A program made the translations under genes and the position numbers. A stretch of DNA of 32,000 nucleotides from Aeropyrum pernix K1 (lineage in GTDB: Archaea > Thermoproteota > Thermoprotei_A > Sulfolobales > Acidilobaceae). The notes under the pieces are model-generated. The model was not told where the DNA came from. It saw only the letters and a list, made by a program, of their open reading frames with translations, and searched no databases. Below are positions 8,476 through 18,244 of this stretch, piece by piece. The DNA lies in the NCBI RefSeq assembly GCF_000011125.1, contig NC_000854.2, positions 1,500,001 to 1,532,000 of the forward strand. Reading direction: 5' to 3'. Each line of letters starts with the position of its first letter. Positions within the stretch are counted from its first letter, which is position 1.

Positions 8476-9659
8476 GTTACCACAGGCCTCCTAAGCTGCA
8501 CCTCAATCTCGTCCTTCCCCGCCCTGGTTACGACGCCGAGGGTTATCGCCGTCCCCACAGAGAGCATCAGCATCTCCCCCCTCCTTATAGGCTCCACCCT
8601 AGCCTCCTCCTTCATACCCACAACCTTCTCAAGCAGGTGGTGCTCTATCCTCAGCGTGGTCAGGGGCTCCGGCAGCTCTCCCGGCTTGCCCACGACGTTG
8701 CCGACCAGGTTGTCGGCCTTTGTCACGCTGGGGTCGAGCTGAGTGCCTATAGCCACGAGGCCCCCCGGCCTCGCCTCCTCCACCTCTATACTCCCGAACC
8801 TTAGGCTAGTGATTGTGGTGTGGAGCCTGACGTACTCCACCCTGCCCCCCGGCTTCCGCACGGCCACACCCGGGCTTATCTCTATCTCGTCCCCAACCCT
8901 GAAGACACCCTGGATTATGCTCCCCCCGACAACCCCGCCGACAAGCCTCTCAGGCGGCGTGCCAGGTCTGTTGACGTCGAAGCTCCTGCTGATGTACATC
9001 ACCGGCGGCTTATCCAGGTCTCTCGGCGGCGTGGGTATGAACTTCTCTATCGCTGCCAGCACGGCGTCGATGTTAGCCCTCTTGAGCGCGCTGACAGGGA
9101 TGATCGGGCTCCCCTCGGCTATCGTCCCCTTGATGAAGTTCAGGATCTCCTGGTAGCTCTCCTTGGCCCTCTCCCTAGAGACGACGTCCACCTTGTTCTG
9201 GACTATTACTATGTTCTTGATACCTATGATCTCGAGCGCCACGAGATGCTCCTTGGTCTGGGGCTGTGGGCAGGGCTCGTTGGCAGCCACAACCAGGAGG
9301 GCGCCGTCCATAAGGGCTGCCCCGCTTAGCATGGTGGCCATCAGTATCTCGTGTCCAGGCGCGTCCACATAGCTGACCCTCCTCCTGAGGGAGGCGCTAG
9401 CCTGGGGGTCACACTCGCACACAGGCTCTGGGCTGAACCTCTCCGGGAACCCGCAGCCCTCGCACTCCCACACCTCGCCGTCGGCGTACCCCAGCTTAAT
9501 GGTCATGCCCCGCCTAATCTCCTCGCTGTGCCTCATAGTCCAGACTCCCGTGAGCGCCTGTACGAGCGTGGTCTTGCCGTGGTCGACGTGGCCTACTACT
9601 CCAATGTTGACCTCAGGCTGACGCTTGTCTCCACCGCTCAAGGCGCTAAACCCGGGCAT
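8397..9659 (-). CDS. eif2g: Translation initiation factor aIF2 gamma subunit
   Basis: 420 aa. [11 protein letters not shown]1 motif, the zinc-knuckle region [11 protein letters not shown]...CEC, DAPGHE and NKVD. Length and domain order are typical. Confidence 0.95.
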
Positions 9660-9716
9660 AATAGGGGTTTGGCTGGAGGGTATAAAGAAGGTGGGGCTGC
9701 CTGGCCTCCCGCTTGT

Positions 9717-10424
9717 TTACTCCTCCTTGTCGCCGTAGTGGATGACAATGTTTAGCTGGGCTAGGGCGGTCTTCCTCCTCTCACCCCTAGGATCGGGTAT
9801 CATCCTCCCCCTGACGCTCTTCCTCCTCCTCTCACCCCTCTCCCTGGGGTGGAAGCCCGGCGGGCCTGCTAGGAGAACCTTATACCTCCCCGACCCCGGC
9901 ACTCCAGGGTGCATTGGTATCCCTGTAGCGTCCGTGCCCCCTCTTATCTTGAACTTGAGCCCTGGCATGCCGATGAGCCCTCCGTCGAAGACGTCTCCTA
10001 TCTCAAGGCCGGCCAGCTTAACGTGGACATCATCGGGAACCGCTATCTGCCAGGATTTGGCTCTGAACGCGTCAGCCTCCGTCTCCAGCTCGCCCGCAGC
10101 CTCGCCGAGGAGCTCCATGTTGACCTCGACCACATTATCCTCAAGACCCTCCTTGACCTCGGCCTTAAAGGGGACCTTAACCTTCTTGCCGTCGGGGGTC
10201 GTGAATCTCAGGGTGAGAACCCCCACCTCGCCGAGGTTCAGCTCCTCGTAGAGCTTCCTGCTGACCCTGGCGATGGGGAGCCTCCTCCTGTCAGACTCCT
10301 TAGTCTTCCTCATGTCGTCAGTATACTCAATATCTTCTACTCCCTTCACCTTAACCCTGACAACCCTATCCCCAGCGCGGGGGTCAGATATCACTATCCT
10401 GAGTGGTGGCCTCTCCTCCGACAC
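9717..10424 (-). CDS. rps6e: 30S ribosomal protein S6e
   Basis: LRIVISDP N-terminus, then KFKIRGGTDATGIPMHPGV...LLAGPPGFHPRERGERRRKSVRG, diagnostic of S6e. GTG 10424 is preferred because GGAGGTGA lies 6-7 nt upstream. The ORF track extends to 10472. Confidence 0.9.
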   Translation of the reverse strand: MSEERPPLRIVISDPRAGDRVVRVKVKGVEDIEYTDDMRKTKESDRRRLPIARVSRKLYEELNLGEVGVLTLRFTTPDGKKVKVPFKAEVKEGLEDNVVEVNMELLGEAAGELETEADAFRAKSWQIAVPDDVHVKLAGLEIGDVFDGGLIGMPGLKFKIRGGTDATGIPMHPGVPGSGRYKVLLAGPPGFHPRERGERRRKSVRGRMIPDPRGERRKTALAQLNIVIHYGDKEE

Positions 10425-10539
10425 TCTAGACTCACCTCCACAGCCGGACCCCACCCGGGGGGTCCAGCCCAAACCTTGGGTGAGGATTCCACGGCCTAAT
10501 TAGCTTTACAATACACTCTATGTCAACGGGGTGTAGCGT

Positions 10540-12393
10540 ATGGCTGGAGATAAGGGTGGTGGCGACGGGGAGAGGAGGCTTAGGCAGCCTATAGTGGTGG
10601 TGCTGGGCCACGTCGACCACGGCAAGACCACGCTGCTGGATAAGATTAGGAGGACTGCAGTGGCCGCGAAGGAGGCCGGGGGTATTACACAGCATATTGG
10701 GGCTAGCATAGTTCCGGCTGACGTCATCGAGAAGATTGCTGAGCCCCTTAAGAAGGTTATACCGGTCAAGCTGGTTATACCCGGCCTTTTATTCATAGAC
10801 ACCCCGGGCCACGAGCTGTTCTCGAACCTACGCCGCAGGGGGGGCAGCGTCGCCGACTTCGCAATACTAGTCGTGGATATAATGGAGGGGTTCAAACCCC
10901 AGACCTACGAGGCTCTGGAGCTCCTGAAGGAGAGGAGGGTTCCCTTCCTCATAGCGGCGAACAAGATAGACCGCATACCGGGGTGGAAGCCCAACCCGGA
11001 CGCCCCCTTCATAGAAACCATACGAAGACAGGACCCGAAGGTTAGGGAGATACTTGAACAGAGGGTGTACGAGATCGTTGGTAAGATGTATGAGGCGGGG
11101 CTGCCGGCCGAGCTTTTCACGAGGATCAAGGACTTTAGGAGGAAGATAGCCATAGTGCCCGTCTCAGCGAGGACTGGGGAGGGCATACCGGAGCTGCTGG
11201 CGGTGCTCGCCGGCCTGACCCAGACCTACCTGAAGGAGAGGCTGAGGTACGCTGAGGGCCCTGCAAAGGGTGTGGTGCTAGAGGTTAAGGAGATGCAAGG
11301 CTTCGGCACGGTCGTTGACGCGGTGATATACGACGGCGTCCTGAAGAAGGAGGACATAATAGTAGTCGGCGGGAGGGAGGGCCCCATAGTGACTAGGGTG
11401 AGGGCGCTCCTCATGCCAGCCCCACTCCAGGACATCAGGAGCAGGGAAGCCAGGTTCGTCCAGGTTGACCGCGTCTACGCCGCGGCTGGTGTTAGGATAG
11501 CCGCTCCCGGCCTGGACGACGTGATCGCCGGGAGCCCGATCTACGCTGCGGAGAGCGAGGAGGAGGCTAGGAAGCTGATGGAGGCGGTGCAGAGGGAGAT
11601 AGAGGAGCTCAGGTTCAGGACGGAGAATATAGGTGTGGTTGTCAAGGCCGACACCCTGGGGACTCTCGAAGCCCTTGTTGAGGCCCTCAGGAGGAGGGGA
11701 GTCCCTGTCAGGCTGGCCGACATAGGCCCCGTGTCAAGGTCTGACGTGCTCGACGCTGCCGTAACCAGGAAGATAGACCCGTACCTGGGGGTCGTGCTCG
11801 CCTTCAACGTGAAGGTCCTCCCTGAGGCGGAGGAGGAGGCCTCGAGGGCTGGGGTCAAGATCTTTAGGGAGAGCATGATATACAAGCTGATAGAAGACTA
11901 TGAGGAGTGGGTTAAGAAGGAGAAGGAGGCCGAGAGGCTGAAGGCCCTCAACAGCCTGATAAGGCCGGGCAAGTTCAGGATACTCCCAGGCTACGTCTTC
12001 AGGAGGAGCGACCCCGCGATAGTGGGTGTCGAGGTCCTCGGCGGAGTGATCAGGCCTGGCTACCCGGTCATGGATAGCCAGGGGAGGGAGCTCGGGAGGA
12101 TAATGGCTATTAAGGATAGGGATAGAAGCCTCGAGGAGGCCAGGCTGGGGGCTGCCGTGGCGGTCTCGATACAGGGTAGGATCCTTATAGGTAGGCACGC
12201 AAACGAGGGCGATATACTCTACACTAACGTGCCCGCACAGCACGCCTATAAGATCCTCACCGAGTTCAAGGACCTCGTGTCGAAGGACGAGCTGGACGTG
12301 CTCAGGGAGATCGCCGAGATTAAGAGGAGGGCTGCCGACCACGAGTACAACAAGGTGCTTCTAAGGCTCAAAATAAAGCGTGTTAGCCAGTAG
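10540..12393 (+). CDS. infB: Translation initiation factor aIF5B (IF-2 homolog)
   Basis: 617 aa. [21 protein letters not shown] and NKID GTPase motifs, followed by the aIF5B domains. Confidence 0.95.
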   Translation: MAGDKGGGDGERRLRQPIVVVLGHVDHGKTTLLDKIRRTAVAAKEAGGITQHIGASIVPADVIEKIAEPLKKVIPVKLVIPGLLFIDTPGHELFSNLRRRGGSVADFAILVVDIMEGFKPQTYEALELLKERRVPFLIAANKIDRIPGWKPNPDAPFIETIRRQDPKVREILEQRVYEIVGKMYEAGLPAELFTRIKDFRRKIAIVPVSARTGEGIPELLAVLAGLTQTYLKERLRYAEGPAKGVVLEVKEMQGFGTVVDAVIYDGVLKKEDIIVVGGREGPIVTRVRALLMPAPLQDIRSREARFVQVDRVYAAAGVRIAAPGLDDVIAGSPIYAAESEEEARKLMEAVQREIEELRFRTENIGVVVKADTLGTLEALVEALRRRGVPVRLADIGPVSRSDVLDAAVTRKIDPYLGVVLAFNVKVLPEAEEEASRAGVKIFRESMIYKLIEDYEEWVKKEKEAERLKALNSLIRPGKFRILPGYVFRRSDPAIVGVEVLGGVIRPGYPVMDSQGRELGRIMAIKDRDRSLEEARLGAAVAVSIQGRILIGRHANEGDILYTNVPAQHAYKILTEFKDLVSKDELDVLREIAEIKRRAADHEYNKVLLRLKIKRVSQ

Positions 12394-12410
12394 GCAGCAA
12401 GCCCTCCCTC

Positions 12411-12836
12411 CTACCACTCCACTATCTCCGACTCGCTGAATAGCACCCTGAACTCCCTTTCAAAGCTCTCTGGCGAGTCGCTGGCGTGCACTATATTTTT
12501 CATAATATCGAGGCTGAAGTCACCCCTTATCGTCCCCGGGGCAGCCTTCCTCCCATCGGTAGACCCTATCATCAGCCTCACCACGCTAACGGCCTCGTCC
12601 CCCTCCACAACCATCGCAACAACAGGACCGCTCGTTATGAACTCCACCAGCTCGCCGAAGAAGGGCTTGTCCCTGTGTACGCTGTAGAACTCCTCAGCCT
12701 TCTCCCTTGTTAGACGCATCATCTTCATGGCCACTATCTTGAGCCCCTTCCTCTCAACCCTGGACACAACCTCTCCTATAAGCCCTCTCTCCACTCCATC
12801 AGGCTTGACTACCAGGAGGGTCCTCTGGACGGCCAC
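12411..12836 (-). CDS. ndk: Nucleoside diphosphate kinase
   Basis: 141 aa. [25 protein letters not shown] and NIVHASDS (active-site His). GTG start. Confidence 0.95.
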
Positions 12837-12917
12837 ACGCCTTCACCGGGGCTTGACTGCTGGAGTGTAGGGATAATAAGGGTAAGTGGTTAGGATGGGA
12901 GTCTCCAACGTTGGGTG

Positions 12918-13583
12918 CTATAGGGGGAGGACACGCCTCCCAAGCCAGGCCCTCGCCATAAGGTCTAGGGCGAAGAGGAGGAGCATCAGCCCGACCAGAG
13001 CCATGAGTGCCTTGTACGCCGGGGCGAACTGGGAGGCCACATCCCCCATGCCCGCTAAGAGTGCTAGCCATACGAAGTCCATCCACACGTGGCTGGCGTA
13101 CATTATGGCCGGCCCAAGAGGGGGGTTCCTCGCCGCCCCTGTTATCAGGGGGAAGCCGACGCTAACCCACCAGAGGAGGAAGTGGGCGTTGAAGCCGGTG
13201 AGCACCACTCCTATTATAAAGGCGCTTGAGTAGCTAGCGGGCTCAAGGGGTATGGCGTTACCACCCGCCTCCGGGCCCTTTAGGGCGGCATCGAAGGATA
13301 GTAGAGAGAAGTAGATTATGAAGAGGGAGATCGCGGTGGTTAGGGGACGGTAGAGCTTCTTAATGTGTCTCTCGATGGAGGAGCTGGCTTTTAGGAGTAG
13401 GAGGACGAAGGGGAGTTCGAAGGCCATGTGGCCTAGGGCGACGAAGACGCCTCCGATCCAGCCTAGATAGGCCCCGGCGACTATGGCGCTGAGTGAGAGG
13501 GGGCCCGGGGATAGGGCGCCGCTGGGGGTTATAATGACGGTCCTGACAGCCAGCCTGGCCAGGCCGCCCTCCTCACCCGCCAC
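12918..13583 (-). CDS. Polytopic membrane protein, possibly a LysE/RhtB-type translocator
   Basis: 221 aa with about 6 hydrophobic segments. The N-terminal ITPSGALSPGPLSLS resembles the LysE-family PGP motif. It lies between L24e and ndk on the same strand. GTG start. Confidence 0.4.
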   Translation of the reverse strand: MAGEEGGLARLAVRTVIITPSGALSPGPLSLSAIVAGAYLGWIGGVFVALGHMAFELPFVLLLLKASSSIERHIKKLYRPLTTAISLFIIYFSLLSFDAALKGPEAGGNAIPLEPASYSSAFIIGVVLTGFNAHFLLWWVSVGFPLITGAARNPPLGPAIMYASHVWMDFVWLALLAGMGDVASQFAPAYKALMALVGLMLLLFALDLMARAWLGRRVLPL

Positions 13584-13640
13584 ACCGCCACACCGCCTGT
13601 GTGCAGCTCTCCAGAGAAGGGGTGGGGATCTCTATGAAGC

Positions 13641-13832
13641 CTAGTCTAGGAGGCTCTTCTTAACCTTCCTAACCCACTCGAGCTTGTCGGGCTTGCGCCT
13701 AAGCTTTACAAAGTTCTTGTAGCACTTGCTGCTGCAGAACCACAGTATCTGGCCGTTCCTGAGCACATACATTAGGCCGGTACCTGGCTCTATGCTGCCG
13801 CCGCAGAAGCTACAGGTCCTCGACTTCGGCAT
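13641..13832 (-). CDS. rpl24e: 50S ribosomal protein L24e
   Basis: 63 aa. [13 protein letters not shown]...[11 protein letters not shown] zinc-ribbon signature of L24e. Confidence 0.95.
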   Translation of the reverse strand: MPKSRTCSFCGGSIEPGTGLMYVLRNGQILWFCSSKCYKNFVKLRRKPDKLEWVRKVKKSLLD

Positions 13833-13872
13833 TCCATGTACACCCTACATCCAGTGAGGGTTATGCGAGAGG

Positions 13873-13880
13873 CTTAATAG
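13873..13880. promoter_or_regulatory. Shared AT-rich TATA-like element between divergent rpl24e and rps28e
   Basis: cttaatag is the only AT-rich element in the 59-bp spacer. It lies about 15 nt upstream of ATG 13892 and about 45 nt upstream of the L24e ATG. Confidence 0.25.
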
Positions 13881-13891
13881 TCTTCACCCCC

Positions 13892-14167
13892 ATGAGATCC
13901 CCCGGGGTGTACAGGGGGTTGTCTGCTAGGGAGGGAGAGAAGAGGAGCGGAGTTATCGAGGAGTTTGGCTTCCCCGCGGAGGTCATACAGATAATAGGCC
14001 GTACAGGCGTGACGGGCGAGGTAACACAGGTTAGGGTTAGGATCCTGGAGGGTAGGGACAAGGGGAGGATTCTGACTAGGAACGTGATAGGCCCGGTTAG
14101 GATAGGTGACATACTGATACTTCGGGAGACGGAGAGGGAGGCTAGGAAGCTGAGCGGCAGGCGCTAG
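13892..14167 (+). CDS. rps28e: 30S ribosomal protein S28e
   Basis: [62 protein letters not shown] is near-consensus S28e. The N-terminal ~20 aa are longer than in most S28e proteins. Confidence 0.9.
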   Translation: MRSPGVYRGLSAREGEKRSGVIEEFGFPAEVIQIIGRTGVTGEVTQVRVRILEGRDKGRILTRNVIGPVRIGDILILRETEREARKLSGRR

Positions 14168-14214
14168 AGGCCTGCCCCGCCGGGTGGCCTATTAAAAACC
14201 AGACTAGGGTACTG

Positions 14215-15668
14215 TCAGTACGGTATCAGGGTCAGGGTTACCGCAGCCACTGGAGCTATGAGTATCATGAGTGCTATGGTGTAGCCGAATACATCCCTAG
14301 CCCTCGTCCTAGTTATGTCTAGGAGGGGTATTGCCCAGAAGGGCTGGAGTAAGTTTGTCCACGAGTCGCCGAAGCCGTAGGCTATTATGGTTTTACCTAT
14401 CGGCACTCCCAGCTCGTGGCCGGCCCTGACTAGTATTCTCCTATCGCAGCCCACTCGCCGCCCCCGCTTGGTATGAAGAGGTTCACTATGCCCGCGGTTA
14501 GGAAGGCCACTACCGGCCATATGAAGGGTGTTGAAACGTCGGCCAGGCCTTCTGCGATGATCTGGGCCGAGCTCTTGCCGAGAGGCTCGAAGGGCGTGTT
14601 TAGGAGGCCGAAGATGCCGGCGTAGAAGTGGAACTGTAGTATGACGCCCGCGGCCGATGAGACGCTCCTGTAGAAGGCCCTTGCGTAGCTCATGGGGTTG
14701 GCGTAGAGCAGGAGTCCTGTCATTAGGAAGATGAAGTTCATGGTGTTGAGGTTGAGCGCCCTGCTTATGCCCCGTGTATACAGCTCTATTGCAACCGCCG
14801 TGAAACCCAGTATGACGGTGAGTATGGCCAGTGTCCTGGAGTTCTCAAGCCTGTCCGCCAGGGTCTCGATCCTGGGCTTCTCACCAGCGGGCGCAGCCTC
14901 TTCCTTGAGGGCGTCGGGGTCGAACTCCTCTATCCCCCTGACGGGCCCTCGGGAGGGGCTTATGAGCCAGTATATCGCCAGTGCTGCCAGGGTTATCAGC
15001 AGGAAGTTTATGATAGTGTAGGGGTGGAAAATCGTCTGTGAGAGCGGTATTGTCTCGACGCCGTAGAGCTCCTTCACAACGTTGGCCAGGAAGTGGCCGG
15101 GAGTGTTCATGAGCAGCGGGGCGCTTGCCGTGAGACCCCAGTGCCATGTTAGCCCTAGGCCGCTGTATGCAGCGACGACCACTACTGGATAGTGGATCTT
15201 CCTTCCGCGGAAGGCGGCCTGCCTCCCTATCTCCCTGGCCAGTATGGCCCCGCCTATCAGGCTCAGGCCCCAGCTGAGGTATGAGAGTGCTATGGCGACG
15301 GCTGCGGCGAGGACGGCTGCCTGCTTCGTGTCCCTAGGTAGGCCGGCTATCCTGGAGAGAACCCTGTATACGAGTGGGTGGTAGGCTATAACGTAGCCCG
15401 TCACCAGTATAAGGGTCATCTGCATGCTGAAGGTCAGGAGCTTCCAGAAGCCGCCGTACCATGCACTGTAGACTAGAAACTTGACAGTACCCCCCAGCCC
15501 CACATGCTGTATGGGCCTCAGGAGGATGAGGTCGAGCACTATTGCTATGAATGTAAGGAGTATGGCGAAGATGAAGGGGTCTGGCATGACGCCCCTGACC
15601 CTTCGCTCCAGCGCCTCGCCGAAAGCCTCTAGGAAGGGACGCCTAGACTCGTCCCCCAATGAGCCCAC
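14215..15668 (-). pseudogene. atoE: AtoE-type short-chain fatty acid transporter, interrupted by a frameshift near 14437-14439
   Basis: ORF 14430..15668 ends ...IPSGGGEWAAIGEY*. ORF 14215..14520 carries the continuation in another frame: ILVRAGHELGVPIGKTIIAYGFGDSWTNLLQPFWAIPLL.... Together they reproduce the AtoE C-terminal pattern PSGGGxW..QGP....A..LG....AYG..W.N..QPFWA.P. Confidence 0.7.
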
Positions 15669-15810
15669 CCCTTGAAATCAAAACTATCCTTGATATCGAG
15701 GAAGGTCAAGTCGTTTCTAACTGCACAAATATATACAATTGAAGCTGGGTCCGCCGCGTCTCCACCGAGAACACAAGCCGGGAGGGCGGGGAGAATCATT
15801 ACACGCCACG

Positions 15811-15841
15811 GTGTACACTATTTCAGCACTACAGTGAACAC
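15811..15841. promoter_or_regulatory. Inverted repeat GTGTACACT-N13-AGTGAACAC, just upstream of the thiolase-like operon
   Basis: 8 of 9 positions are complementary between the arms. The left arm contains the perfect palindrome GTGTACAC. The repeat ends 20 nt before TTG 15862. Confidence 0.3.
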
Positions 15842-15861
15842 TTGGTTATGAGGGCTCCGAG

Positions 15862-17019
15862 TTGCCCAGGGCTGCTATAGTCTCGGCGGGCTGGTACGGG
15901 TTCAAACCCGAGGTTGGCGAGCTCAGCTTCAGGGAGATGATGTTCGAGGCCGCCCTACGCGCCTATAGTGCGGCGGGTGTAGACCCTAGGAGGGATGTGG
16001 ACGCCTTCTTCTCCTGCCAGGAGGACTATTGGGAGGGAATAGCTATTACAGACGAGTTCGCCCCCGAGCCCATCGGAGGCGTTCTCAGGCCCACCTCAAC
16101 GGTTGCTGGAGACTTCATCCAGTGCCTCGGCCAGGCTGTGATGCTAGTGAGGACAGGCTACTTCGACCTGGTCGCCGTAGAGTCCCATGCAAAGCCGAGC
16201 GACATAGCGACCATAAAGGGGGTTATGGATATGGCGCTAGACCCTCTCTACCTCAGGCCCCTCGACCCGCCGAACCCCCACTTCATCGGGGGGCTTATGG
16301 CGAACGCCTTCCTGGCCAGGACCGGCCTAGGGAGGGAGGCGCTAGCCATGGTGGCGGCTAAGAACAAGAACGCGGGGCTCTCCAACCCCCGGGCGAGCCA
16401 CGCAGCCCCGGTGACGCTGGGCGACGTTCTCTCAGCAAAGCCTGTAGTAGACCCTCTGACGGGGTATGATATCGCGCCTTTCAGCGACGCGGCAATCGTC
16501 ATGCTGGTTGCTAGCGAGGAGGCTGCTAGGAGGCTCACGGACACTCCCGTGTGGATAGAGGGTGTAGGCTGGTCTACAGAGTCTGGCACCGGCTCGCTGG
16601 CCTGGCACCAGTGGGATTCTATGCCGAGCATACGCATGGCGGTCGACATGGCCAAGTCTATGGCTGGGCTGAGCGGAAGGCCCCAGACCTTCACGAGCTT
16701 CGCGGAGCTGGAGGACAGGTACTCTTTCATGGAGATACTCTCCATGGAGGAGGCCGGTATAGCCGGTCCTGAGGAGGCCTACAGTATGCTGGAGGCTGGT
16801 GATACAGAGCCTAGCGGCAACTACCCCGTCAACCCAAGCGGGGGCAGCCTGGCCGCGGGGGTGGCCCTCGAGGCGACAGGGGGCTTCAGGGTTCTAGAGG
16901 CTTATGAGAGGCTCATGGCTATGGGTGAGGAGCTTGAGCCTGGGGCGGAGAGGGCCCTGGTGGTCTCCTGGAGGGGGCCACCCACTAGGACTGCTATGGC
17001 TGTTATACTCGGTGTTTAG
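15862..17019 (+). CDS. Thiolase-fold (SCP-x/lipid-transfer-protein type) protein, apparently lacking the catalytic Cys and His
   Basis: 385 aa. The overall pattern is that of an archaeal-type thiolase. However, the nucleophile segment reads PTSTVAGDFIQCLGQAVMLVRTG (no C-A-S-G). The C-terminal NPSGGSLAAGVALEATG replaces GG..GHP.GATG. TTG start. Confidence 0.7.
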   Translation: MPRAAIVSAGWYGFKPEVGELSFREMMFEAALRAYSAAGVDPRRDVDAFFSCQEDYWEGIAITDEFAPEPIGGVLRPTSTVAGDFIQCLGQAVMLVRTGYFDLVAVESHAKPSDIATIKGVMDMALDPLYLRPLDPPNPHFIGGLMANAFLARTGLGREALAMVAAKNKNAGLSNPRASHAAPVTLGDVLSAKPVVDPLTGYDIAPFSDAAIVMLVASEEAARRLTDTPVWIEGVGWSTESGTGSLAWHQWDSMPSIRMAVDMAKSMAGLSGRPQTFTSFAELEDRYSFMEILSMEEAGIAGPEEAYSMLEAGDTEPSGNYPVNPSGGSLAAGVALEATGGFRVLEAYERLMAMGEELEPGAERALVVSWRGPPTRTAMAVILGV

Positions 17020-17045
17020 GATGGTCTTGTGGGGGTGGATGTGCG

Positions 17046-18230
17046 GTGGTTTCCAGGCCTAATATACATGTTAAGAGTAAGGTAGCCGTCGTGGGGGCGG
17101 GGATCACGCTTTTCAGGAGGAGGATGTTGGAGACGCCCCGCGAGCTGGCGTGGGAGGCTGCCAGGCAGGCTCTAGACTCTGCAGGGCTGACCCTCAGGGA
17201 TATAGACTGTGTTGTCATAGGCAGCGCGCCCGACGCTTTCGACGGGGTGCACATGAAGGGGGAGTACCTGGCCGACGGCAGCGGGGGTCTCTTCAAGCCC
17301 ACTGTGAGGGTTTACGTGGGCGGAGGCACTGGTGTCTTCGTCCCCATAGCCGCCTGGTGGCACGTGGCCAGCGGCCTCTGCAGGACGGTGCTTGCTGTGG
17401 CTGAGGAGAAGATGAGCCACGCCAGGCCACACCCGCAGGGCGTGTTCGCCTACATCTGGGACCCTGTTCTCGAGAGGCCCCTAGGGCCGAACCTGCTCTG
17501 GATATTCGCCCTGGAGATGAGGCGGTACATGCACAAGTGTAACGTTTCAAAGGAGACTATAGCCCTGGTTAGCGTTAAGAACAAGAGGAACGCCCTAGAC
17601 CACCCCGCGGCGCAGGCAGCGGCGAACATAACCGTGGAGGACGTGTTGAACAGCGAGGTCCTCGTATGGCCTGTTAACAGACTTGACGTGAGCCCCGTTA
17701 GCGACGGTGCCGCGGCTCTGGTGCTGGCCAGCGAGAACGAGGCGAGGAGGGTGACCGACAGCCCCGTCTGGATAGAGGGTGTGGGTTGGACCCTCGACAA
17801 CACCCACTGGTACAACAGGGAGCTCGGCTACCCGAGGTACGTCCAGTACGCGGCCAGGATGGCTTACAAGATGGCCGGGATCGAGAGGCCGTGGAGGGAC
17901 ATAGACTTCGCGGAGCCCTACGACCCCTTCGACTACAAGGAGCTGCACCACATAGAAGGGCTAATGCTGGCCAGGCCGTGCGAGGCTCCGAAGCTGCTCG
18001 AGGAGGGCTGGTTCGACAGGAGCGGCGAGCTGCCTACAAGCCCAAGCGGCGGACTCCTGGGCGTGGGCAACCCAATAGCAGCTGCGGGCCTGATGAAGGC
18101 GGCAGAGCTGTTCTGGCAGCTCAGATACGAGGCGGGGGCTAGGCAGGTGAAGAAGCCCGTCCACAGGGGGGTCGCCCAGGCCTGGGGCGACCTCATGCAG
18201 GCCGGGACGGTCGTCGTCATGGGTAACTGA
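17046..18230 (+). CDS. Thiolase-fold protein paralog, apparently lacking the catalytic Cys and His
   Basis: 394 aa. VAVVGAGITLF N-terminus. The nucleophile segment is VRVYVGGGTGVFVPIAAWWHVASG. The C-terminal SPSGGLLGVGNPIAAAG has Asn in place of His. GGGGGTGG lies 7 nt before GTG 17046. Confidence 0.7.
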   Translation: MVSRPNIHVKSKVAVVGAGITLFRRRMLETPRELAWEAARQALDSAGLTLRDIDCVVIGSAPDAFDGVHMKGEYLADGSGGLFKPTVRVYVGGGTGVFVPIAAWWHVASGLCRTVLAVAEEKMSHARPHPQGVFAYIWDPVLERPLGPNLLWIFALEMRRYMHKCNVSKETIALVSVKNKRNALDHPAAQAAANITVEDVLNSEVLVWPVNRLDVSPVSDGAAALVLASENEARRVTDSPVWIEGVGWTLDNTHWYNRELGYPRYVQYAARMAYKMAGIERPWRDIDFAEPYDPFDYKELHHIEGLMLARPCEAPKLLEEGWFDRSGELPTSPSGGLLGVGNPIAAAGLMKAAELFWQLRYEAGARQVKKPVHRGVAQAWGDLMQAGTVVVMGN

Positions 18231-18244
18231 GGGGGTGGTGCGCC

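Noticed and set aside
13580-13595. Tandem duplication of the 8-mer ccacaccg at the start of the 12918..13583 membrane-protein gene.
   Set aside because: Only two copies, a very short unit and no further periodicity. Most likely chance or a trivial slippage.
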